This document shows positions 42,289 to 57,805 of a DNA stretch of 64,000 nucleotides, piece by piece. A program made the translations under genes and the position numbers. Numbering within the stretch: the stretch's first letter is position 1; every line of letters starts with the position of its first letter. The notes beneath the pieces were generated by a model that was not told the origin of the DNA, did not search any database, and saw nothing but the letters and a program-made list of their open reading frames with translations. Origin of the DNA: the human T2T-CHM13v2.0 reference genome, Homo sapiens; the NCBI RefSeq assembly GCF_009914755.1, contig NC_060936.1. One strand, given 5' to 3'.

Positions 42289-43292
42289 CCCAGGGTATTT
42301 CTAGAAATGTCATCCAGGAGCGAGGGTCTGGAATGGGGGCTTCAGGACTCTGAATGTTGTACTATCCTACTGTGGCTGAGCTTGTATCCAAGTTGCAAGA
42401 CATAGTCCTCTTAACTCTCCCTTCTCCTCTCTTCAAGTGGGAAGAAGGAATCCCTTTCAGAGCCATGAGCTGTGCTGCCTGGGGTTGAGGGAGGGTGGTG
42501 CAAGCACTCCCTTGGCCGCCCAGGCTGGTGTCTCACTAGGTCATGCCCCGCAAGTCCACTGGCTCTGAGCCCAGAACAGCAGTAGAATTTGCCTAGGTGT
42601 TGCAATCCTTGTGGCCTAGACTGCCTTTCAAGTTTATTTAGGACCCCAGAGCCCTTTAGCTCGTGGTAGTGAGGTTTACCAGAACTCAAGTTGCAACTGC
42701 TGGGGTGGGTGATTTTCCTATGGCTAAACCTGGTCTAAATGCTCCCTCCATTGGCGTTGGCTGAGTTCTACCCAGTGTTGCTTTCTGCTGTGACACGTTA
42801 GTGCTGAGTTCCAATGCAAAATTGCACAGTCACTGTGCTCTCCTTCCCTCAAATGCACAGATTCTGTCTCAGCACCACACTGCCACTGCTGTGGGATGGA
42901 GAGGAGTGGCACTGGCAATAAAAGACTGTCTTTCTTTGCTCCTTCAGTGCCTCTTTCAGTGATATGAAGTTAAAACCAGGTACTGTGATCACTCACCTGT
43001 TTTTTTGTTCTTATAAAGGTGCTTTTTTCTGTAGATAGTTGTTAAATTTAGTATTCCTGCAGGGAGGACAATCGGTAGAGGCTTCTATTTGGCAATCTTG
43101 TTCCACCTCCACTCCTCAAAAACAGGGTTTTGAGGCATAATAAATTTACTACTAAAAGTCTGTTTGAGCACTTACCTAACTGAGTAGAAATATTTTTAAG
43201 AATTTAGAATCCATTCAGGGTGTACACAGAGGGCAGACTTGTGAAGGAAGAAAGTCATTTAGGTTTTGTTATAAAATTTTGGCTTGGGTAAA

Positions 43293-43992
<700 letters not shown>

Positions 43993-44480
43993 GTACATAA
44001 TTGCCTGGTAGTCCCATTCACCAGGATAGGGGAACAGCAGAAGAAGCAGATTTGGCACAAAAAGAATCTGAGTCCTGTTTGGAACACTTTCAACTTTGGA
44101 GTCTATGGAACATCCAAGTAAAGATATTCAGCAGAGATTGAAAACACAAAGCTTGGATTCTCTGAGTGCTCTGCGTCAGACATGAAGAACCAGGAGTTGG
44201 AAGCTGAAGTTAGATATTTGTATGAGGACACACAGGATGTATGTGTTGGTGGAGAAAACCAGGTGACCAAAGAAGCAGCCTGGGAAATATGGTCATTTAG
44301 GGACAAATTCAGGAGAACCTGACAAAGGAGGCTTGATAGAAAATACCTATAGCTACAAAAGTAAAAATAGAGAATCACAAAAGCTGGGAGAAGATAGGCT
44401 TCTAAGGAAAAAAAAAAAAACTCTTCCAGACGTAATATGCAAAGTTGAAGAGAAGTCAAATAAACAAAGAATAGTAAAGA
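43993..44480 (-). mobile_element. L2 fragment
   Basis: ggtagtcccattcacc...gaacatccaagtaaagatattcagcag. Confidence 0.6.
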
Positions 44481-44499
44481 CAAATTAAAGTTACTTGAA

Positions 44500-44710
44500 A
44501 ATTATAGGTGGATTGATTTTTTGACCAATAGAAAAAAGAATTATCTATTAGGAACAATGGGAATATGGAATAGGTGTCCTTATGACATGGTGAACACCTT
44601 GTCACTGAATTATGCAAACAATGACTGCTGCTGAACAGTATTTCAAGAAGAATTCTTCCACTAGGTAGGAGATAGTATTAAATATTCCACCCTTCCAACT
44701 CTAAAATATA
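44500..44710 (+). mobile_element. L3/CR1 (or MIR3) 3' end
   Basis: ggtgaacaccttgtcactgaa...cccttccaactctaaaat. Confidence 0.55.
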
Positions 44711-44780
44711 TGTCTGACTCAGATGGGGACAGAGGATGTGCAGTATAAGGCTACACAGGGGAGATCTTATTGACATGAAA

Positions 44781-44915
44781 ACACCATAACCCACACCGGG
44801 GAGATGAGGACCTAATTAATTAGGCATAATACTACTTAGCACTTACCATTTTCTATAAATATTACTACATGAATGAAAGAATCCTCAAAAGACTCCAGTA
44901 AAGCAGGAACTGTTA
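44781..44915 (+). repeat. 135-bp direct copy of 46211-46345, flanked by a 14-bp duplication
   Basis: 7 mismatches in 135 bp; ttattgacatgaaa at 44767-44780 and 44913-44926. Confidence 0.95.
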
Positions 44916-45241
44916 TTGACATGAAACACATACTTTTGTCAAGAATTCCTGGAACCAGTCGTAGTAGCTTATCGGAATGGCCCCTTGAAACTTGAATACG
45001 ATGATGATCAAACAGTAAATGACATCAAGACACCAGAATTTCCTTGGCATAGTGTGAAAGGGTTGGAAGGCTCAGGAAGGTAGGAATCTTTGAATGAATA
45101 CGTAAGATGTAAGTCCTGAGATTCAACAATTTTACGATGTCATCTGAGAAAGGACAGAAGGATGTGTTCCCACATATTGAGTCATCACTTGTATGTAGCA
45201 ATGGCCAGCTTGGTAACACATTCTAGTATTGGCTTCCCCTC

Positions 45242-45594
45242 TGCAATTGTTTGAATGTGTCCCTCAAAGTTCATCGTTCATGTGTTGAAAACTTGATCCC
45301 CAATTTGGAGTTATTGGGAAGTGGGGCCTAATGGGATGTGTTTGGGTCATGGGGCATCAACCTCATGAATGGATTAATGCTATGGAAACAGATTTTTTTT
45401 AAAGGATGAGTTCAGCCCCCTCTTGCTCTTCTGCCTTCCACTGTGGGATGACACAGCACATGACTCTTACCAGATGCTGGTCCCTTGATCTTGGACTTCC
45501 TAGCCTACAGAACCATGAGCCAATACGTTTTCGTTCATTGTAAATTATCCAGTCTGTGTCATTCTCTTATAGCAGCACAAAATGAACGAAGACA
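45242..45594 (+). mobile_element. MaLR solo LTR (MSTC/D-like) inside an older ERVL LTR16-like remnant
   Basis: tg...tttgaatgtgtccctcaaagttcat...gatcttggacttcctagcc...gaagaca; flank ends ggtctgctttctggggaaccc. Confidence 0.8.
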
Positions 45595-46249
45595 CCTCCT
45601 TCTCTGCTTCACTTTGTGTATGCCTCATGCCTGCTCTTTTGGATTGCATGTTATTGTAAAATAATAGCAGATAGGGTCTGCTTTCTGGGGAACCCAGATT
45701 AAAATAGTTTTATTGTAAGTATGTTCTCAGAAAAAAAATCTTTTCCTGTGTTGTGATATAACATTAATATAAATATCATTCATTATTGGTGTCTTATCCT
45801 ACATCCTTTTACAATTCCCCCTACAATGTAGTCCATGGCACCTAGTTATAATATAGCTTATTATTTGACTATTATCTCACTCCCACTTGAATTTTTCAGA
45901 AGAGGTATTAGGATTCCCATTGGTATTATCTGGCAAATTTCAAATTGAGACTTAGTTTTATTTCCAGGTTTTATTACTAACCACCCTGGGATCCTTTGTA
46001 GTATTTCTTTCTTAACTGGTGTTTTTAGCACCTTCCAATTTTGTATTGTCTGAGAACTAAACAAATGTGAGCGTGGTAGAACTCAAGCAGCTGTATGTAT
46101 TTAACTACAAGGTTGGATGCTCAATTCGTGCACTGAGTATGCAACCATCAGGAAAGCTCTGAAAGGAAAATCTGCAAAGCTTCCAGCATATTTTATTAAT
46201 GACCAGCCAGACACCATAGCCCACACCAGGGAGATGAGGACCTAATTAA

Positions 46250-46450
46250 TTAGGCATAATACTACTTAGCACTTACCATTTTCAATAAATATTACTACAT
46301 GAATGAAAGAATCTTCAAAAGACTCCTGTGAAGCAGGAACTATTAATCCTATTTTACAGCTGGGGAAACAGAAGCAGAAAGGTTCTTGGATTTTCCTAAA
46401 GCTACGAAAAGAGGTGGCATCAATTCCCAATTTGGCTTTCTCAGAGCTGG
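46250..46450 (-). mobile_element. MIR fragment (donor region of the 135-bp copy)
   Basis: gcaggaactattaatcctattttacagctggggaaacagaagcag. Confidence 0.6.
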
Positions 46451-46674
46451 CTCCCTAGGCTATTTTTAGAGGCTGGTTTTCACAAAGGTCAAAGGGCTAT
46501 GTATCATAACAATACACTAGATGCATGGAAGTGCAAGGCTAGTGTCAAAAGCTTTGTATGAGCAAATTGCTCATTTGCCTCTCCCACTTCCTTTGAGGGC
46601 AGGGATTATATGTTATATACATGTACCAGCAAGCAGCACAGTCCCTGGCGCATAGTAAGTGCTCAGTAAATATT

Positions 46675-48060
<1,386 letters not shown>

Positions 48061-49432
48061 AATATAAAAGATTTGTATATCTACATATAGCTGTCAGTGC
48101 AGGTATCAACCTAGATAAATCCTAGCTCTGGCAAAAAAAAAAACCTAGAAACAAAAAATAACTCAGTAGCAATGCATTTCTCTAGCACCCAGGTCGTAGT
48201 CTTCAAATACCATTTCCCATAAAAGGTACAAGGGATCCTTAGAGAAAAACACTGATGCAAAATCTGCAGCCAAAATGTACAAGATTAACTGGAGACATTG
48301 TGTCATATCAGCTAGCAGAGAAGCTTTCTGGTTCCCAGGGTCATGCCAGAAGGACTTGTGAGAGTTTCACCAGGATGAACTAACTGGTTCCACACTAAAC
48401 TTCCTGCTACAAACACCTAAAAAACAGGGTGAAATATTTGAACCTCTATTTTTAAACACTGGACAGCCTGCAATACAGGACAGGATCCTGGAGAGGAAAG
48501 AAACAAAGTTAGTGTCCCAGGCTCTCAATTCAAAAGACAGAGATTGGAGTTAGACAGATGGAAAAATCTGGAATTTGACAGGCAGAGTACTGGAAAGGAG
48601 TTAAGCCAACAGAGAGCTTCAGAAATATGGCTAGGGGTGTCTGAGTCTATGACTGAATATTAAGTCCAGATGCCTAGGTCAATTCTGAGATGTAAGGAAA
48701 TGAACAAGTCCTGGAGAGTTGGCAGTGTGAACACATCTAGGAGACATTGGAGTTTTGATCAACCAGAGTGGAGAATATACTAGCCATTCAGTACAGATCC
48801 CAAAATGTCCATACTTTAGAAATAGGACAAATCTCATCCTAGAATAAATGCTACTTCTGACATACGTTAGTAGAAAACTGGTAAATAAAAGAATATCTAG
48901 CATGTTTCTGGTATTTCCTATCCGAACTGTACCAAAATGTATATGTTGAGAAATTTACACTTTCTAAAGCTCACCAGCTGGAAATGAAGGAATAAGAATA
49001 CTGCTGTTTTACAAACTGTAACAAACTAAAAGATCTGGACTTTGAGCATCAATGACTCCTAATGTCACAAAGAGGAAGCCATCAGACATTATGTGCCTGC
49101 CGATGGAAGAATATATCACCATCTATGAGTATTTTTATCAAAAATCTCAAAATGTATAAACTTGAATCTGATTAATCTTCTAAATACAAGTACCAATGTA
49201 TGACAAATACAGAAGAAGAAAGAAGAACGTATTAATGATACCATAAGGATACAATTGGAAATACCCAGATTCTTAGAAAATGCAGAACAAAACATCTGAT
49301 TTATTTCACAGATATATTGAAGAAAAAAAAGACAAAGGGGGAGCCTATAGATGACAAGAGGCACATGAATGAATTGCAATGCATGAACCTTGCAGAATAT
49401 AGTTCTTATTCAAATAGCCAAATTGATAAATA

Positions 49433-50629
49433 TAGTCAGATACTGCATGGTGACTTTTCAGTCAATGATGGACCATATACATGGTGGTGGTCTCATAGAT
49501 TATAATGGAGCTGAAACATTCTTATCACAGAGTGATGTCATAGCTGTTGTAACATAGTACAATGCATTACTCACATGTTTGTGGTGATGCTAGTGTAAGC
49601 AAACCTACTGCACTGTTAGTCGTATAATAGGGTAGCACAACCAATTATGTACAGTACCTAATACTTGATAATGATAATAAATGATGAGGGTACTGGGTTA
49701 CGTATTTACTGTAGTATACTTTTTATCATTAGTTTAGTGTGTATTCTTTCTCCTTATCGAAGAAGCTAATTTGAAAACAGCCTCAGGCAAATCTTTCAGG
49801 AGGTATTCCAGAAGAAGGAATTGTTATCATAGGAAGTGACAGCTCCATGCGCGTTATTGCTCCTGAAGATCTCTCAGTGGGACAAGATGTGGAGTGATAT
49901 TGATGATCCTGACCCTGTGTAGGCCTAGGCTAATGTGTGCGTTTGTGTCTTGTTTTTTTAAAAAAAAAGTTTGAAAAGTAAACAAAAATATATTAAAAAT
50001 TAAAAACAGAAAAAAGCATATAGAATAAGGATATAAAAAATTTTTGAACAGCTGTACAATGTGTGTTTTAAGCTAAGTGTTATTATAAAAAAGTCAAACA
50101 GTTAAAAAAATTTAAAAGTTTAGCAAGTAAAAAAGTTACAGTAAGCTGTTAATTTACTACTGAAGAAAAGAATTAATAAAACTAATGTAAACAAAGTCAC
50201 AGTATTTATAAAATCTACAGTAGTGTACAGCAATGTGCTGGACCTTCACATTCACTCTGCACTCACTTGCTGACTCACTGAGAGCAACTTCCAGTCCTGC
50301 AAGCCACAAGCTTCATTCACGGTAAGTACCCTATACAGGTGTGCCATTTTACATCTTCTATATTGTATTTTTACAGTACCTATTCTAAGTTTAGATATGT
50401 TTGAATACACAGTTACCATACCAATTATAATTGCCTACAGTATTCAGTACAGGACCACGCTGTACAGGTTTGTAGCCTAGGAGCAAGGCTCTACCATATA
50501 ACCTAGGTGTGTGGTAGGCTGTACCATGTACGTTTGTGTAAGTACACTCTATGATATTCACACTGTGATGAAACCACCCAATGATGCATTTCTCAGAACA
50601 TATCTCTGTTATTAAGTGACAACTGGCTG
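49433..50629. mobile_element. Tigger3b-like DNA transposon (~1.2 kb) with TA flanks
   Basis: TIR-like ends tagtca.../...tggctg; aggaggtattccagaagaagg; aaacctactgcactg. Confidence 0.85.
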
Positions 50630-50687
50630 TAAATTAACAAGAGACATGTTCTGAGAAATGCATCATTAGGTGATTTCATCACAGTGT
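50560..50687. repeat. ~52-bp inverted duplication of the Tigger3b end
   Basis: 50560-50611 versus the reverse complement of 50635-50687. Confidence 0.9.
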
Positions 50688-51300
50688 ATGTATGTATATA
50701 TTTCCAATTACATATAATTGGAAATTTGAACACTGACCAGATATTAGACGTCAAGAAATTATTGATACATTGCTTTAGGTTCTTTATGGTATTGTGGACT
50801 GATTTTTGAAAAGGGTTCCTTATCTCTGAGTAAAACATCTGAAATGTTTATATATGAAATGCTGTGGTGTCAGATTTTGTTTCAAAGTTACATTGTGGTG
50901 ATAGGAGTGAAATTTGGTGGGGATAAAGAGGAAACAACATCATTTGGCAATAAGTTCATAATTGTAAAAGTTGGGTGATCAGTAATAGAGGTTTATTTTA
51001 CTTTTCTATTTATCAGTTCTTGAATTTCTATTAGGTTCTTTTTAATGGTTTCTTTTTCCCTACTGAGGTTTTCTATGTTTTCATTAATTATGAGCATATT
51101 TTCATTTCTATCCTTGAGCTTTATTATAATAGCTGCTTCTCCCACATCTAAGTCTTCTCAGGGTTGGTCTCCATTGATTTTTTCTCTTGATAGGAGTCAC
51201 ATTTTCTCCTTTCTCTTTAATCCTGGACATTGTGAATAATACATCAAGAGACTGTATTCTGTAATGTTCCTCCAAAGTGTACTTGTCTTTTTTGGTTTGT

Positions 51301-51359
51301 TTTGCTTTGCTTTGCTTTGCTTTGCTTTGCTTTGCTTTGCTTTGCTTTGCTTTGCTTTG
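51301..51359. repeat. (TTTGC)11 pentanucleotide repeat
   Basis: Read directly from the sequence. Confidence 0.95.
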
Positions 51360-53486
51360 GCAGGTAGTTAACTTGGCTGAACAGAAACTTCAAGTAGTGA
51401 AATATCAGTTCAATTCTTTCAGCCTTAGTTGGGTTTGCTTGGTGCCCATTCCATGCATGTGTAGTTCAGCCAGAGATTTGGGCAAAGTTTTTATGCAGAT
51501 TTGAGGTTCCTGTCTGTGGCTGTCTTCTTTCTGTTACATCCTGCCTCCCTTACCAATTATCCTGATCTCTGTTCTCTAATTTCTTGTGCCAGTAAAACAT
51601 CCAGCCAGGTTTCTGCCTGAGCTTTAGCTACCCCATGTGGTGCCAACTTGCAGGTTAAAAGCTGTAAAAATTAGAAAACTTCCCTCGTGTCACGCTTTTC
51701 TTACATGTATCAACTCCCATTCAATCTCTGCATGACTCTTTTCACTCTTCAGAGTTTTCAGGTAGTTGTTTTTCATATTTTGTTCAGAATGTATAGCTGC
51801 CATTTGTCTGATAAGAGCTACTTGGCCATTACTGAAAGTGGAAACTATTCTGTTTACTTTTGTACATGCTTACAAATTTTCTGAAATACTAAAGTTGGCT
51901 AGTGGGTAGAGAATGGGCAGGGGGATTGGAGTCAGGGCCTATAAACAACTCCTTTAAGGACATTTTCTGAAAAAGAGGGAGAACTAGAGTTGTAGCTGGA
52001 GAGCTATGTGGGACCCAGAGGTTTTCATTTTTAACGATTGTACACATTATTGCACATTTGTAGGCTGTTGGGAATAATCTAATAACGAAGAAAGTATTGA
52101 TGAAGTAACAGAGCTGCAGAGAATTGCTGAAGCAATATACGTAGGTAGACTAGAGGGGCTGAGATTTAGTGCATGAATGAAGGGGTTGGCCTTAGATCCT
52201 CTGTGTAATAATTAGGGGCAAGATGGGGTATATGACAATGACGGAGGTTAGTTTCTAGATGGGTAATGAGAGCATATAAAAGAACTCCTGACTTAGGCTC
52301 TTTTCTCAGTAAGACCGAATATTACACATTAAATGAAGAATTTTCTTCTAAATCCCCCATTTGGGGAATAGCAAAATTATCTCAGCTTCAGAAAGATAGT
52401 CCAAGTCTCAGGATAAGCAAGAAAAAACTAAAAGAGTAAAGAAGTGCAAAAATATTGAGTGACTAGGGACTGATCTTTTTCATAGATTCAACATAACAAA
52501 GAACCTGCTTATTAAAGAAACAAAATCTGTACAGACACATTTTAAAATAATTATATTTTACTCCATCCACTTGCATTTCCATTCCTCTTTTGTTTCTCTA
52601 AAGATTTTGCTGCCACTATTCTCAGGTCTGATCATAACAGCGCTGGCTACCCCAGAAGTGAGATTGTTTGTGATGCAGAACATTACAAGGCTAAGGCATA
52701 ATTTGAAAAAAAATACATACTTCTAATCAACCAATGGGTACAAGACGTAATAATAAAAGAATTTAAGGTATGCTTAAATGGAAAAAATCAAAATGAAACA
52801 CAAATAAAGACCCACTTATCAAAATGTAAAAGGTAGCAAAAGCAGTAAAGAGAAGTGTATGGCCTTTGATGTGTAGATCCAAAAAGAGCAACACTATGAT
52901 AAATAAGCTAAGCATCCTACCAAGAAAGTAGAAAAACAAAAACAGAATATGCCCAAGAAAAGCAAAATGAAGGAAATAGTAGAGGAGCAGAAATCAATAA
53001 AATAATTTTTAAAAATACAGTGGAGAGAATACAAGACAAAAGTTGATTCTTAGAAAAGACGTTTAAGAATATCTTCTAGCGAATGTTATACCACAGTCCC
53101 TGATTAGCAAATAAGACAAGAAAAAAAATCATCAAGGAAAATAACTATTATTCACATATGATTTGATTGTCTGCATGGAAAGCCTAAAAGACTTCATGGA
53201 GAATTTATAAGAATTAATAAGAGAACTTGACAAATTTGCCAGAAGTAAAACTGACATACAGAAGTCAACTACTTTGCTATAATTATTCAAAAATACCTAG
53301 AAAATGTAACAATATAAGAGACTACTTAAAATAGTAACAAAATTGTAAGTAATCAAGTAATAAATCTAAGTAAAATGTCTAAGAATTTTAAGTAGATAAA
53401 ACTTACATTTTATTTAAAGACATTAAGGAAGATCTAAATAAATGCAGAGATGCATGATGTTCTTTAATAGAGAGATTTAATATTTT

Positions 53487-53790
<304 letters not shown>

Positions 53791-54201
53791 TAATATTAAT
53801 TGCTTTATGGGTTCAATGGTATTCCAAACATCCTGTTTTCATAAACATTAATTAACTGATTCTAACATTGATATGTAAAAGCAAAGGGCCAAGGATCGCT
53901 AAAACACTTTTGAAATGACTTTCTCCACTAATAAGAAATCAAAACTTATTGTAAATCTGTAGCATGAAGAAAGCATATTATCAGCAAAAGGATAGCTAAA
54001 CAAAACAGAAGAACAGACTTACATATACATGGAAATTTGACACATGACAAAGCTGGATTGTTGACATGTGAGGAAAGAATAGACTAAAAAAAATGTGGAA
54101 AGAACTGTCTATCCTTATAGGAAACAAAATGATTCCTATCTTATATTATGTGCAAAAATGAAGTCCATGTGATTTAAGATCTTTCATGAAAGGGGAATTT
54201 C

Positions 54202-54804
54202 TTTTTTTTTTTTAATTTTTTTTTTTAGTATTTATTGATCATTCTTGGGTGTTTCTCTCAGAGAGGGATTTGGCAGGGTCATAGGACAATAGTGGAGGGA
54301 AGGTCAGCAGATAAACAAGTGAACAAGGGTCTCTGGCTTTCCTAGGCAGAGGACCCTGCGGCCTTCCGCAGTGTTTGTGTCCCTGGGTACTTGAGATTAG
54401 GGAGTGGTGATGACTCTTAACGAGCATGCTGCCTTCAAGCATCTGTTTAACAAAGCACATCTTGCACCGCCCTTAATCCATTTAACCCTGAGTGGACACA
54501 GCACATGTTTCAGAGAGCACGGGGTTGGGGGTAAGGTTATAGATTAACAGCATCCCAAGGCAGAAGAATTTTTCTTAGTACAGAACAAAATGGAGTTTCC
54601 CATGTCTACTTCTTTCTACACAGACACAGCAATAATCTGATTTCTCTATCTTTTCCCCACATTTTCCCCTTTTCTATTCGACAAAACCGCCATCGTCATC
54701 ATGGCCCGTTCTCAATGAGCTGTTGGGTACACCTCCCAGATGGGGTGGCAGCCGGGCAGAGGGGCTCCTCACTTCCCAGAAGGGGCGGCCGGGCAGAGGC
54801 GCCC
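54202..54804 (-). mobile_element. SVA (older B/C-like), 5'-truncated: SINE-R plus ~2 VNTR units
   Basis: tttattgatcattcttgggtgtttctc...gggcagaggggctcctcacttcccaga; TSD tgaaaggggaatttctt(ttt) starting at 54187 and 54805. Confidence 0.95.
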
Positions 54805-54819
54805 TGAAAGGGGAATTTC

Positions 54820-55136
54820 TTTTTCTTTTCTTTTTTTTTTTGTTTTTGAGACAGGGTCTCACTCCTTCACTCTATTGTCCAGGCTGGGTGCAGCACGGCA
54901 ATCTTGGCTCACTGCAACTCCCATCTCCTACACTCAAGCGATCCTCCCACCTCAGCCTCCTGAGTAGCTGGGACCACAGGCATGCACCACCACACCCAGC
55001 TGATTTTCATATTTTTTTGTTGAGATGGGGTTTGCCACGTTGCCCAGGCTAGTCTCCAACTCCCAGGGCTCAAGCAATCTGCCTGCCTTGGCCTCTCAAA
55101 GTGCTGGGATTACAGGCATGAGCCACCGCTCTCACC
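54820..55136 (-). mobile_element. AluJ
   Basis: gagacagggtctcactc...ctcaagcgatcctcccacctcagcc. Confidence 0.9.
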
Positions 55137-55657
55137 AAAAAGGGAACATTTTTTAAATGTTTAGAAGAAAATTTAAAGAAAATATCTCAAGATTGAGAAG
55201 GAATTCTTAATAAGATGGGAAAACCAAAAACTATAAGAGAAAAGATTGATGAATATAAATGCAAATATTAAGAATCAGAATTTACATTCATCAAAAGACA
55301 CCATAAAGAAAGTGAAAAGACAAACTGTGGACCAGGAAAAGATATTTGCAACACATGCAACTGACAAATGATTAGTATCCAGAATATGTAAAGAACTCTT
55401 ATAACTCAATCAGAAAAAGATGTGCAGTCTTTGAAAAATTGTCAATGAGCTGAAGAATTTCACAGGAAAGTAAACATGCCTGAGCCATAAACATATAATG
55501 ACATCCAACTTCATTATTAATCAGAGACATACATATTCAAACCAAAATAAGACTCTACTTTATAGTCATTACATTGTCAAAAATTCTGACAAAAATTTTG
55601 CCAAGCATGTGGAGCATTGGCAACTCTCATAGATTGCTAGTAGAAATGTACATTGCT

Positions 55658-56008
<351 letters not shown>

Positions 56009-56071
56009 CTATGATCTGCAATTGCCCTTAAAAAATATTTCCTAAGGAATTTTTGCACAAATGCATCAAGA

Positions 56072-56549
56072 TGTCTGATGACTAATTTCATGTCAACTTG
56101 ACTAGGCCACAGGGTGACCAGATATTTGGTTAAACGTTATTATGGATGTGTCTGTGAGGGTGTATTTGGATCAGATTAACATCTGAAATGGTAGACTGTG
56201 TAAAAAGATTGGCCTACCTAAGGAGGGTAGCGCTCATCTAATCAACACTAAATAGAACAAAAGAATGACCCTCCTTTGAGTAGAAGGGAACTCCTCCTGC
56301 TTGACTGCTTTGAGCTGAGACATAAGTCTCATAACCTTTGGACTCGAACTAAAATATTGACTTTTCTTCACTGGAACTAAACATTGGTTCTTCTGGGTCT
56401 CCAGTTTACTGGCTGTAATCTGGTGGCTTCTCAGCCTCCATAATTACATGAGCCAATTCTTTATAATAGATATATATAGCCTCTTGGTATATGTCAGATG
56501 AATATGTAGCCTATTGATTCTGTTTCTCTAGAGAATCCTCATTAATCCA
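56072..56549 (+). mobile_element. MLT2 (ERVL) solo LTR
   Basis: tgtcaacttgactaggccacagggt...cagatatttggttaaac...cctattgattctgtttctctagagaatcct. Confidence 0.85.
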
Positions 56550-56634
56550 GGAAGCATGGATAAAAATGTGGATAGCAACATAGTTCAAGACAGCAAAAAA
56601 ACCAGAAACACCCCAAATAATATTTAATAGTAGA

Positions 56635-56742
56635 ATGGATATACACTTTCCATAATACAATGGAATAAATATGGATATACACATTCCATAATACAATGGA
56701 ATAAATATGGATATACACATTCCATAATACAATGGAATAAAT
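56635..56742. repeat. 36-bp minisatellite, 3 copies
   Basis: atggatatacac(a/t)ttccataatacaatggaataaat x3. Confidence 0.95.
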
Positions 56743-56957
56743 AAGTACATAGCAATGAGAATATGTTAAGTATATCTATAAATATCAATATGGATGAACT
56801 TAAAAATATTGTTGAACCAAAAGAACAGCAAGTTAGAAAAATTTATGGAGTGTAATTCCCTTTGTATAGAGTATAGAATTCAAATATGGAAAAAACTAAA
56901 CACCTATAAAATGCAATGTTAACGAATATACCATATACATAGAATACTATACTATGC

Positions 56958-57238
56958 ACACGTTGAGCATCTCTCATTCAAAAATCTGGAATCCAAAATC
57001 CAAAACATGAACTGTAAGTAGAAAATTTCACACCTGATTACATGTGCAGGTGCACAAAATTATTTAGACTATTGGATAAAATTACTTTCAAGCTATGTGT
57101 ATAAGATGTATAAAAACATAAATGACTTTCATGTTTAGACTTCAGTCCTATACCTAGGATATCGCATTATGTATGTGCAAATACTCAAAAATTAAAAAAA
57201 AATTCAAAACATTTCTGCTCAAGGGATTCTCAACCCTG
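56958..57238. mobile_element. Tigger4/MER46-like DNA transposon
   Basis: gttgagcatctc...aaaatctggaatccaaaa...aagggattctcaacc. Confidence 0.7.
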
Positions 57239-57401
57239 AAATATGAATACTTTATAATAGGTATTTATATATTCTAGTTTATACATATATACAACTATGG
57301 TAGAATTAATCATGTATAAACAAATGAAAACAACTAGATTAAACTACAAAAACTAAAAAAAAAAACAAGGAAGCTATATATACAAAATTGAAAATAGTGA
57401 T

Positions 57402-57805
57402 TATAGTCAGTCCATTTTGTGCTGCTATAGCAGAATACCTGAGACTAGGTAACTTACACAAAACAAAAATGTATTTCCCAGTGTTCTAAAGGCTGGGAAG
57501 TCCAAGATCAAGGCTCAAGCTGGTTCAATAGTCCAGTAACGGCTGCTTTCTGCTTCCAAGATGGTACCGGGTCGCTACATCCTCCAAAGAGATGAAATGC
57601 TGTGTCCTTACATGGAGAAAGGAAGAAGGGCAAGTGAACTCAAGGCTGTGTGAAGCCTCTTTTGTAAGAGCCTTAATCCCATTCATGATGGGAGAAGCCT
57701 TCATGACCTAATCACCTCTTAAAGGCCCCACCTCTTCATACCATCACATTGGCAATTAAGTTTCAATACCTGAATTTTGGAGAAGACACATTCAAATCAC
57801 AGCAT
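57402..57805 (-). mobile_element. MaLR solo LTR (MST family)
   Basis: agtccattttgtgctgctatagcagaatacctgagact...ggctgggaagtccaagatcaagg...cacattcaaatcacagca. Confidence 0.85.

Larger units (their letters stand above)
31507..43112 (-). mobile_element. Full-length L1MA2/3-like element (~7.7 kb excluding nested inserts)
   Basis: 3' end tttttgtgggtacacagtaggtg at ~31550; ORF2 remnants ([13 protein letters not shown]); GC-rich 5'UTR 41100-43112 starting GGAACAAGATTGCCAAATAGAAGCC; degenerate TSD tccttaaaaatgcagtttt (31488-31506) / tcctcaaaaacagggtttt (43113-43131). Confidence 0.9.
48100..51890. mobile_element. Mosaic of old L1M pieces (L1MC4-like 3'UTR on +, L1M 5' fragments) interrupted by Tigger3b
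   Basis: ctcagtagcaatg...ctagcacccag; gaaatttgaacactgacc...atattaga; boundaries approximate. Confidence 0.55.
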
